A DNA stretch of 64,000 nt from contig NW_024704743.1 in NCBI RefSeq assembly GCF_018977255.1, forward strand, positions 62,312,001 through 62,376,000, written 5' to 3'. Each line of letters starts with the position of its first letter. Within the stretch, counting starts at the first letter, position 1. A program made the translations under genes and the position numbers. The stretch comes from Callorhinchus milii. Its lineage: Eukaryota. Below the pieces are notes generated by a model. It worked only from the letters and a program-made list of their open reading frames with translations, searched no databases and had not been told where the DNA came from. This document shows, one piece after another, positions 27,701 through 39,700 of this stretch.

Positions 27701-30700
27701 TCATTTGGAGAAACACACAAGTGCAGACTTGATGGGCGAAATGGCTTATTTTTGTGCTGTAATATCCACGTCTCAATTACCTAGAGCAGTTAGCAACTTC
27801 CATGCTGACTCCCACACATTGCTGACCTCCACACTGTGGTCCTGGGCTATCACACAACCGAGTTCTGCAGGTGCACAAACCAATGGCACCACCGTCAGTG
27901 TGGCTGCAGGACTTCCACATTGACCACGGTCCAAAATGACCATCCATTGTCATGTTTCTGGTCTGGAAGACAAATAAGTGTTTAAATAACTGGATCATAA
28001 TAATATTCATAGTTATAATTCTTGCACTTAATATTGCGCCATTCACGTCGGGATGACATTTTAAAGCTCTTCACAGGATTCACTACAAAGGGATGATGAC
28101 TGTATATTTCTATATCCAATCAATTTATTTTTGACCGCTTGTTCTATAAAAGAAGGCATAACTTGATTTTATACTTTGAGCTTACTTTTGAATCACAAGG
28201 GTTTCAGAAGAAGCTGTTATTAATAATCCAACTCATTATTACAGGAATGTATCATTCCAAAGTGACACAATCTGCCCAGAATCTGGTTGGAGATCATGCA
28301 TTTTTAAACTGCAATTAATGCTCACTCAAAGCAGTCACTCACTCTTAGGTAGCAAAATTATAGAATCAGAAAAAGTTGATTGGAAAGTTAAGAAGTTTGC
28401 AAATTAGACCCAGATGCTTTTTAGTCTTATCATCCTCACAAAATGTCTTGGCATGTTCCTACTTAGAAGGAATACATACATATTCAATGGAAGAAATTTT
28501 GGGAGGAAAAAAAGAACATGCCATTAATAATAATAATCCTTGCGTTTAAAATAGCATATTTCACATAGGGAGTACGACACAAAATGCTTAACGTGATTTT
28601 ACTGTTAAGTGTAGTGACTGGGTATTTGTTGATGAATGCAGCAAATCAATTTGCATCAACAATGTCCCGCAAACAGCCATGAAGTGAATGATTAATTTTA
28701 ATTGGGGATCGTTGGCCAAAATACAGGGAGAAACTGATATTATCCAATTAGGTTGGATGAGGCATGAAACCATCTGCCTGATCAGGTGGACACTAAAGAT
28801 GTTATGACGTTATTTGAAAAGAGAAGGGAGTTTCTTCCAATGTCCTGGCCAACCATAAAATTGGTCACTCACACCATGGCTATTTGTCGAACAGGGCTGT
28901 GTGTAACTTTGATCTGCTCTCACAAAGAGAAAGCAAAAAATACTTGAACTCGGAGCTACCTTGAGTACTTGGTCACTAGGCTCTGGCCAGGCTTTCCCGG
29001 CTGGAGATCTGGTCACCTGACTTGCTCGGGTGGTCGTGAAGGAATGGTTCAGGTCTGCATTGTCCTTTGACAATTTGGGGCCTAGAAGGGTTTGGGGGAT
29101 TAGGGTTTGTCCGCGGGGACAAACTATTTCAACTTTATGAGAAATATTTTGAGACTGTAAACTGTGAAAAGATGTGGGAAATTCATGTGTCATATATAAA
29201 TTGCTATTTTTGTACTCACAGGGCACACACTAATGTTCTGCTCCCACTGGGTCATGCTCATACTCTCCTCCAGTGTTGTGCATTTCTTTAAAACCAAATC
29301 CCAGCCACAGTAGGGGTCCCGAGCTCCCACGCATGAACTGCAGACAAAAGATCAAGAGGTCAACCTTTAAACTCTCACCTTTAACCCACAAACACAGCTG
29401 CAAAATACATTATGGTAACTGCAATTTTTAACAGTAATTTTAGTTCAGCTAGAAAAATAGTTTTGATTTCCATTCTTTTGTGGGATCAGTACTTTGAGAC
29501 AAAGGTGTTCCTTGAAACTTATATATTAACTCAATGTGCTATAAGAATTGTTAACACCATAGGAGGAAGATTTATCATAAGAATTACAACAACAACTAGC
29601 GTTTATATAGTGCCCATCACCCAGGATAGCGTCTCGATGTATGGTTGGACACAGAGAAGGGAGAAGTGGGAGTTGTCGTAGGCTTTAAAGGTAGATGTAA
29701 AATTTAATTTAAGACTTAAAACATTAAGGATCCAAGAATCATTGGAGAACAATTATGACAACATCTACTTCTGAACACAAAAAGAGTTAGGAATCATTAT
29801 CATCTTAGTAGCTATAATGGCCCCGACACTCACTGGCAGTAAACCAACTTGTTTTTTATTCATTCTATTTCAGTGAAACCATAAATGTCTATCGCAATGA
29901 AAATGTAATCGTTTATTGAAATCACAACTGGGAACCCCTAAGGGTAAATTACTATCAAAAATAGGTTTTTAAACACAAAGACTCAAATATTTAATATAAT
30001 GGAAAATTATATTGCAAAATTCACTAAATAATTTAGAGTTATGAATACTACAGGGCATCATACCGTCTTTCAGTGAGCTATCAAACACTGGCATTTAGCA
30101 CCTCTGCCTTTATCAAATTTATTTGTTGTAATTTATTTGGTTGATTGTAGCCTAACAATTTTGCTGATAAACATTGTCAGAGAAGCCCAGGCGTGAGCTT
30201 TGTGATCTCTGCTTTGAAAGCTCTAATCCAGATGAGATTTTCAAGACTGGCACTGTCTGAGATAAAAAGGGGCATGCAAGGACTGCGGTAAAAGCCTGCA
30301 AAGCTGCATTGATGAGAAGCTGGTTTGATGGACTATATGAGATGAAAAGCCTATGGTCTGTCAATACATCATTAAGCAGCTCCGTGTGCTGGCTCAGACA
30401 GAAAGTAATGTTGAGTGGTTCTTCCATTCAGATTCCAAATGGCTGAGAAAATTGAAAAGGGAGAAATTGGAATCATCAATGCATGGTTTTAGTGCTCACC
30501 ACTCGATACCCACAATCCCCCGAGTAAACTAAAAGTGAACCAAGGCTGTCAGCATTGATCCAGCTCCAGAGGACAAAGGCAAATAAGATAAACTCACCTA
30601 TTACTGGAATGTAGGTCCCTTCACTGTGTACCTATTGGAATTGCTCCACTAATGCTGTACAACAAATTGAAACCGGTAGCTTCTCAGAGCATGATTAATG

Positions 30701-33700
30701 CAATATACCCAAAGCCTCTCTTATCCGCCAGTGGCCTTCGGACAGAGCAATATCGCTATTCCATGTGTGATTTATCTTTCCACCAGTGATATATGTAATT
30801 TGTTAGAGGGGGATTGTGAATAGTCCAGGGTAATTGTAGCAAATTGTAGCAACTGTAAGAAACTTTAACCTTCCAATATATGAGTGAACCTGAAGTTATG
30901 AAAAGCAAGGATTTTAACTCGACCAATTTCAAGCTGCTACTATTAGCATATAGGAGCATGGATGCTTGCATACATATACATACACACTTTCATACACACA
31001 CGCTTGCCTTTCTCTCTCTCATACACACACACACACAGACACACACATGCTCATGCACATTCTCACACATACGCAAACTCTCTTACATTCAGAAGAGCTT
31101 CTTCTCATGCCCCGGTAAATATTCAGAGTTTAAGCGTCATACTCAGAAAATATTGTCAAATGAATTCTCCTTTGTGCTCCAATCTCCGTTTTTAATCCGG
31201 ATACAGGTAATTAACGGTTCTGTTTGCTGTTCAAAGTACACAAAGGTTCACAATACAGCTGCATTTGGTATCATATTCTGCACCAGGGATGGAATTCTTC
31301 CCCATTCATTGTCAATGGGGAATTGTACCCTATTCAAGAATGTGTGCAAAGCCTATGGAAGTGAGACGAGGGTGTTTCAATGAGAAATATATGTTGGAAT
31401 AAATAGTTTCTTCCCCACCCCTCATTCACAGACTTCAAGCCATTCAGGTTCAAAAATAAAGTCGTGCTTTTTGGCACTGGGACTGAAACCCTCTTCGCAT
31501 ACTCAAGTGCAAACTGGTATTCGAGAATCTTACCTGCGACTTTTGTAAAAGGTGCAGCGTTTCAGGGGGATTTTTAACACGTGATCTCGGAGGCCAACAA
31601 ACAAAATACTGTGGCTGTGCAGTATCTGGAGGTTCTTGATAGGTTCTCTCTGATCACTTGGGAAGAGTTCGATTTCCTCCAGCAGACAGCTGCTCACACT
31701 CTCATTCACTGGCGCAAGGACTTTCTTAATGGTCCCGTAGTCTGGGGGGGAGAAACAAAAATAGAGTAGATTGAGAGAACATCGCAGTGGGAATAACAGC
31801 TGATCAGGACAGAGATAGCAGCCATATGCTGTTTATTTTTTTGGCCTGCTAGGCTCAAGAGCCCTAAATGTTTTTACGGTGCTTTTCCAGGCAAATGAAA
31901 ATAGTCTACCATGCACTGGCAGACCCCAGCATATTCATCAGACACGGAGACTTGTAAAATAAGCACAATGTTGACAGTGACTGAACAGAGCTGGCAGAAT
32001 AACAATTGGTGCAGTGGTGCATTAAACCTGCAATTGTTCCTGCTGTTCAGCCAGTGCGGAACAATGAACATAATAGTCATCGTTTTAAAAAAACTTAACT
32101 TTTTTTCCACAGCCAACCAGCTTTGACGTTGAGTCCCCAATCTTTACATGTATTAGTGGATTAAATATATTGAACTTTTAACCTCATTGCTCACATGGTG
32201 GTGACTGTGTTCAGAGTGCGTGATGTGTACATAGCCCAGATTTGGGGTACACAGCGCCTGTGCACTCTCTTTTTGTCAGCCAGATGTTTGACACGTGAAA
32301 AACCATCACCATGTTTACGAGTATCGAAACCAAACTGAGACTTCCATGCATCCAACCTCACATGGAAATTCCAGAGATATTTATCAGAATGGAAAAGTAC
32401 TCACTCCCCAGAGGGACATATCCGGCTTACCAAATTCCAGAGAGTATTAGTCACAGGTTGGTAAGAGCAAGGCTTGGGAACTCCAAAAAGGTGGTTGGAG
32501 TACTGCTGGAGTCCATCCAGCTAAAATCACATAGCTTGCCATTAAAAGCTTGTCCAGGTAGGACCACCTTACCATTTAGGGCTTTGGCTTGCAAGGTTAA
32601 CAGGAGTTGAGTGTGAAGCATCCCTGCCCCAGTGACTGGTCTGCCCTTCCATGTCCTGCCGATAAGACATGCCCTGGAATACTGAACCGGTCTGGCTCAG
32701 GAACTGGATTATTGCCACAGGGTTTGCTCAATCCTGACATTCCATTGCCAAACATGTCACCTAGGAGCCAGTTCAGCTCCAAGGAGACCCCACCTATTTC
32801 CACCCCCAAGGAAGATAAGTCAATAGTTTGACATCCGACAAGTGAAAGTTTAAGCCCTCATTAGGTGGATTGTAGTAACCAGGAATGCCCTGTGAGCTTC
32901 CTAGTGGGAACACAGCTCAGTATGAAATGCGTGAGAGCATTGCAAGCATCTTCTTGGCCAAAGCTCACTGCCCGTGCACTCTTGAAATTGTATTATCCTG
33001 TTATTATTCTGTTGAAATCAACAGTGCGCAGTGCTTAGGTGTCAGACTGGCTCAGTTAGTAGCACTCTTGCCTCTAAGTCAAAAGGTTATGGGCTCAAGC
33101 CACATGAGAACTTTGAACTCAGATAGTCAATGCTGACACTCCAATGCAGTACTGGGACTATGTTACCTTGTCAGAGGTATCATTCCTCAGGTGAGATGTT
33201 AAACTGAGACATGAATTGAAAAGAGGAAGAAGTTTCTCCTGACAACAATTCTTCAGACAAAATTGATTATTCATGGCTGTTTGTGGGAATTTCCTGTGTG
33301 CAAATTGGCTGCAACTTTTACCTAAAAAACACAATCACTACAGTTTACAGTAAACCATGTGAAGTGCCTGAGATGTGCTCCCAATGTGAAAGGTGTAATA
33401 CCATAATTAAAGAATTAGTATTATGACATTATTACAAATTACAGTTAAAGTCAATCCACTGGAGCTAGCAGCAGCTTAGACATGTTGGGCAAATGGCCTC
33501 CTCAGATGCTGCAGTTTCTAGGATTTTATGATATTTATACATCTTTATATCACATGAGAACTGTAGAGAGAGACTGAGAACTGTAGAGGTATATCATCCA
33601 CACATAAATTACTTTCAATTTAATAATTCTATAAACGTGCTAGGAACAGATCATGGGTGGCAGAAAGGTATGATGAATATCTCCACTCATGAAGCCTGAT

Positions 33701-36700
33701 CATATTTCACTTTTCATTGTATCACTAATAAGTAATATCATTGTCTGCTTCATTTGGGAAGATAACTCATCACTCGAGCAACTGAAGTCATACAATCATC
33801 CGTGAGTTATGATCGATCTCACAAGTGGAGGTATTCAATCACCTCTCAGTGTTGATAATTCCTAGCCTCTCTAAAGTCTCACTGCTTAAATTCTTCTCAT
33901 GGTGAAAGCATAGAGCAAGAAAAACCTTTGGTCCCTTAAGTCCATTCCTTCCTCAACCCGGTAATAACGATCCTATTGTTCAGTACACTCACTCATACAT
34001 TCCTTGGGATAGTTCTATGTTCTGTGAACTCCAACGATAATCAGACCAAAAATATTCGTTCATCCTCATATTTCCACTAATCACCTCTGACCCACTTCCC
34101 TCCAGAGAAAATATTCCTCTTCAAAACCTTTGATGAGCAATTGTAAAACACTTCCTTATAGCAACAGGGAATCACCCCGGGGATGCTGTCAGCTCCTTCA
34201 GAGTGGCCAGATTCAGAGCAGTGTTGGTCACAAGTTACCCATCTGCATCTCAGGCAAGAAAGAGCAAGAGGCATGAAAATTGCAACCTGTGATATGTTAA
34301 TCAATACTGGGATAATTGTCACATCAATGAATATTACCACTCAGTCAATCAGCATCTCAAGAATTGAAGAAATTCCCTTAAAACAGCCACATAAAAAGAT
34401 GCTGTATAAATGCCACTTTCTACAATGTTAGGAAGCAGTCGACACAGATAAAAACGGAAACACTTTACATTAGCTGCATGAGCCTGTCATTGGTGATTCA
34501 ATGTCCTGTAAGGAAAGATCTGTCTCTTGTTCTATAGTTTTAATCCTGGTAATTCTACACCTCACAATAATATTTTTGCTAACAGCTCCACAGGCATTGC
34601 TGAATCAAGATGTCACAAGAACCCTGACGATGAGTAGAGCTCTTATCTTCTCACAAAGAAGTTCTGTCTATGGACAAATACATTAGGGTTAGGTAAAGTC
34701 CTGATAACCCAACCCTGACTTTACATGTCACTAACACTTAAGTCATTGTGTTGTCATTATTCTGGCCGCAATTACTTATGTATTTATAGATATGCTTTAC
34801 TCGCACTCCTGATAACTCATCAGTGAGTCCTTTTCCCTTGGAGAGATGAATTATCAGGAGTTGACTCTATGGTATACGAGACAACCTCATTATGGAGCAT
34901 CATATTTTTACCCACTCACAACCAGTAATATCAGGCATAAATTGAATAAATTCAGTGGAATGCTATATTTGCTGCCCTCACTGTCATCCTTTACCTTGCT
35001 AAGCATAAGGGACACTGAATGATACATCATACTCATACTCAGCAGTGTGATGCAATAAATATTTATCTCTGCTATTGAACATGACCAGAAAACTTGTGGG
35101 TGACAGGTCACTGGTAGGTTATAGCTCAGCTTCACAAACAGATAGTTATCATGGAATCACAGAAAGTTTATCATAATAACTTTTAAAAGTTGTTATGCAC
35201 TCAGCTTCAATAATAATTTATGATCACGCAGGGTTCATTTTAACACATTATCGTATAAATATATTTGTCTAACGTCCCCCCACCCTTTTTCGCCGAGTAA
35301 TAAATCCTCAATTAATGTCATCTTGTGAGTGGCTTGCATTCACTGGAAATAGGCTTTGCTTCTGCCTCATCGCTGATTCTGATGAATTCTATTCATATTA
35401 CTTGTGGTGTGATTATAAGTAATTTTTAAGGAGAACTTCGAAAGTGGGAGAAAACTTACAGAAGCCACTTTGTTCCTGGGTTTTCCTGCTGGTTGACAAT
35501 ATTACTTACAATGTGATAAGGCGCTATATCAAATGCAAGGATCATTCTTATTATTATCCTGCAAAGGTTTCAAACCAGAGCACAGGCAGGTGGATTATTT
35601 GAAAGATGCACACAGTGAAAGAGCAAGAGTTCCTTGAACACAAGCTCCACTCAACATTGCTTTAAGCTGTGCAGTAATAGATTGAGCTCCAGAACAGATT
35701 TCAATTATCCCGCTGGCTTTAACAAGCACATTTTATTTTATTTCTGGATGTTCCTGGACTTTTCCAGTTCTTTCAGTATAAGTGCAGTGAGGTTGTTGAA
35801 TGCTTCTACGATCTACGGATGGATTGTGCTTTTAATTGGAATTTTTATGTTGTAAGTAAACAAAACTATTTGGAAGAGGGCTAGGGTGGGAGGTAAGAAA
35901 GGGAACCATTTGCCAACATTTTCCAGCTGCTGAACATAAAGACCCTTAATTCATGGGGTGTGAAACCCAAGTGTCAGTGTTGAAATGAATCTGCTATTAA
36001 TTTGTTTTATTCTGCAATTGGTTAAACACTCGCTGTGATTTACTGCCTTGATTTATATTGCAAGTGTAACACATTTATATGTCCGAAAATATACTGGGAT
36101 GACCAATGCATGTGGAAGGCATATGCCAATTGCGTGGGCGAAAAATGCTCCTACACTTTTTTGATCAAATTAAAAAGAGTGTATTTCATTTTTCCCCACA
36201 CTGTTAAATACAATACACATTTACATTTATGTAGCACTTTTCACATCGGGAAGATTTGCTACCGGACGTCCTTTTCAGAATAGCACCAAGCAAAACAGCT
36301 GTCGCTGGGTCAGTCTCACTCTGTAATGGCCGAACAGAGTCAAGTGCCGTTTTATGTGTGTGATGAGTGAGGTTAGTCCCCTCTTACCCCCCACTAAGCC
36401 TAATTTGACCGAAACCTGTTCCTCAAACAGAAACATAGGTTGTCCCCCAGACAACCCTTCCCCTGCCAAATCTGGGTCCCAAATTATTAAAGGACAACAA
36501 TGCAGATGCGATACCTCATTCACGATTACCTGAGCAAGTCAAGTGAGTAGACCACCTCTTCTGCCAAGACAAGGTCGGCCTCAGCCTGGTCACCACGGGC
36601 TCAATGTACATCCATGTTCCAGTTTCTCCATTCCTCCTTGTGAGAGCGAATCAAACTCCTCAGTCACTGCTCACTCACAGGGAGCATGATAGCTGAGCCT

Positions 36701-39700
36701 GACCATATCTTCCTCAGACCTCCAACTTCCGGTGGAGGTGACATTCTAGTTAGCAACTTGGGGCAGAAACCAGGGCTGATTTCCCCTTTTCTAACACAGG
36801 GATACCAAGGCTTATCAGGTCTATGATCAGCTAGCTTAACAGACCAAGATTGAAACCCGCAACTTTCCAATCACTGTTGCCTTTCGCTCAACCAGAGGTG
36901 CTCTCACCCACTTGACCATCACAATTTTAAAAAATGTAAACCAAACATGCCAAGTTGAGAAGTGTAGCAATCGTAACACTATATAACATGCACTCAGACC
37001 AACGTGTTTTCTTTTGCTGGGGAGCAGTTTGCAGTACCTGTTGCCAAGTATATGATGTGGAAGAGCGTGTCTTTTCCCTGCACAACGTCCACCACTATGT
37101 GGGAAAACCTGCTATTGTCCTCCATGAAGTATGGGACAGGAAATATGGGCTGCACCACCTCGTGCATTAGGATAAACTTCTGAGCATCCTGGAGGTTCCG
37201 CTCCGTCAGATTCACGTAAGGTCCATAATCAATGGTGCCACACTAAGATACGAGTAAAAACAAGTCATGTTTCTGTCAAATATATGTTAAAATGTATTAA
37301 TTCAATAATAGTTGAACTTTACGATTTAAAATTTGGTGAAAATGTTATGGCAAAGTGATTAGAAGTTTCTGACCTGAAAGTTTGAATTAGGATTTGGAAA
37401 AGGCAGCCATGCCGAACGGGAATTCTCCTGGACTTTGAAGGGTCCACCAAAGACCTGGGTAATGGCACTCAGATTAAACATACAGACAGCTGAGGCTGCT
37501 ATGCTGTTCCTGTAGGAAACATGAACATTTGTGAGTTACAGGTTTGACAAACAACTTCATTGGGATTCGCAATAATGGGTGTAAATTTTCAAAAGTTCAT
37601 AACAAATTTCATATCAACATTTCATAACAGATTTGATGTGATATCAAATCTGTTAGGAATTGTCTCAAATTTCATCCCAATAAATATATGTGCAGCATAT
37701 GGAAAAATAAGAGCAGGGTGCAGTCTTAACACTGCTGAAAAAGACCACCCATAATCATGCCCTCAGGCACAAGTTGGATGAGAGGCACAGACCCACAAAA
37801 TATACAGCCAATTCACTTTACAGTATATTCTGTGAAGCGCTTTGAGATGTCTCGAAGATGTGATAAGGTGCTCTATCAAATGCAATGATTATTTATTGTT
37901 ATTATTTATTAAGAGGCAGCAGTTACGTACACATTAGTGGTGAAGATGCCGTACAGCATGTCTTGTTCGGGAAGAAAGAATGTGCTTTGCAGTTCATTGT
38001 AATAAAAAGGAATCTCTCCGGGTCGGGAACAGTTCAACCGGGCTTTCATGAAAGTTGTCCAGGTGTCCTCTAGGAGGAACCTCCCTCCGATGTCGTTATT
38101 ACATACTCTGGCCACCCTGGAGAAAATGGTCTTCCCGCAATCATGTTCCACCGCATTCTCACGGAAGAAGAAATAGGTGAAGTTTCCAATGTTGTAAGAA
38201 GACACAAAATTTGGCTCTACAAAAGAAGTTTTCAAAGCAAAACTATTAATATTAGTAGCGATGCCTTTCAATATTGATTTTATCTTATATTCAAATACCT
38301 ATATCTTTATACTGAAGGAGCAATACAATCTAATACAGTCTATTACAGTCAATACAGTTTCTAACAAGATTTGTTCATAAAAAGCGGTGGTGGAGGGGGG
38401 TGGGACTCAATAACTGATATTAATTCATGCCACTATGCAGGAAATCCGCTGCACCAACACTTTCTCGCAAGTAACCATAACATAAATCCAATTTCCTTAT
38501 TATTCACCACTGGTGGCTGCAGAATCTCAACATCACAAATACTGGTGTAGTTTTCAAAGTGTTAAAAGGCCCTTCAGGATGTGATTTGTTTATCAGCTCT
38601 GATTGTCTATAAAAGAGTCTGCATTGCTCTGAATGCTCACCATTCAGCCACTTTGAGTTGTACTGGGCAGTGCGAAGAGGAGGGAGCCCACCCAGGCTGC
38701 GGTAGATGGCAGGGTCTCGTCCTGGGAAGTCCATGGCTGTGGCAGCGAAGAGCTCGCCGGTTGACGTGATGAGCGCAGTGGAATTGTGCTGTGGATTGTA
38801 AGGGCAGCGAGCCATTCCACTTATCCGATCGTGGACTTCTGTCAGGTTACTCAACTGTAAGACAGAAGACAACCAATTGGTAAAACATTAAGAATTAGGA
38901 GGTTAACAGGTTATTTATTATTGCTGAACAGAGCTAGACCTAACTGACATGCTCATGCTTCATTCAGGGTGTCAGCCTGGCTCGGTTGGTAGCACTCTCA
39001 CCTCTGGATGTCAGATTGTGTGTGTTCAAGCCCCATGTCAGGACTTTCAACTCAAACTCTATGCTGACACTCCAATGAAGTGCAGGGGGAGTGCCGAATC
39101 TTTGGAGGTGCCAGCCTTCTAATGAGATTTAAACCAGGGTCCTGTCTGCCTGTTCAGGTGGACTTTAAAGACCTTATGGCATTATTCGAAAACTGAAGGG
39201 AGTTTCTCCTGTTCTCCTGCATTTCAGCACCTTGGGACATCCTCCCGATGTGAAAGGCGCTTTACAAATGTAATTTTGCTGTTGTTGTTGTCCGGGCCAT
39301 CAACACTGCGGGTAAAATTGTTTCATTGGGCAAGTTTCCTTACTTGCCCATAGAACACTGAAAGGCTATTTCATTTGAAGTTTAATTGAAAGCTTTGAAC
39401 GCTTACTATTTTTAATATTTATGAATAAATTCAATGAGGGTACTATACGCAAAATCTCTAAGTTTGATGTTTTTAACTTCAAACTTAGAAAACCAGCCTC
39501 AGGAAGGCACCGGAGTGGCACTAATATTTCTCACGCTAACCACGTCCACAACAAGCTCTCGGAGCCACATTGGCAAGTGTAATGTCAATTGCTGCTGAAT
39601 TCTATCAGCAGTTCAGTGCTGTGAGAATGTCCAGACTCATTTCATGCGGGACTTTTACTCCTGGAAGAGAGACAAAACTTTTATCCCTTTTCTTGGCTTG

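Noticed and set aside
30880..31383. Longest ORF in the track (167 aa)
   Set aside because: Reads through a CA microsatellite (HTHT runs); no domain or splice support
34800..34865. Hammerhead ribozyme (CTGATGAG on the minus strand; also 45801-45830)
   Set aside because: No GAAA core at the proper distance after a stem II; explained by MITE or short inverted repeats. Checked by eye only, so an Infernal scan would be definitive
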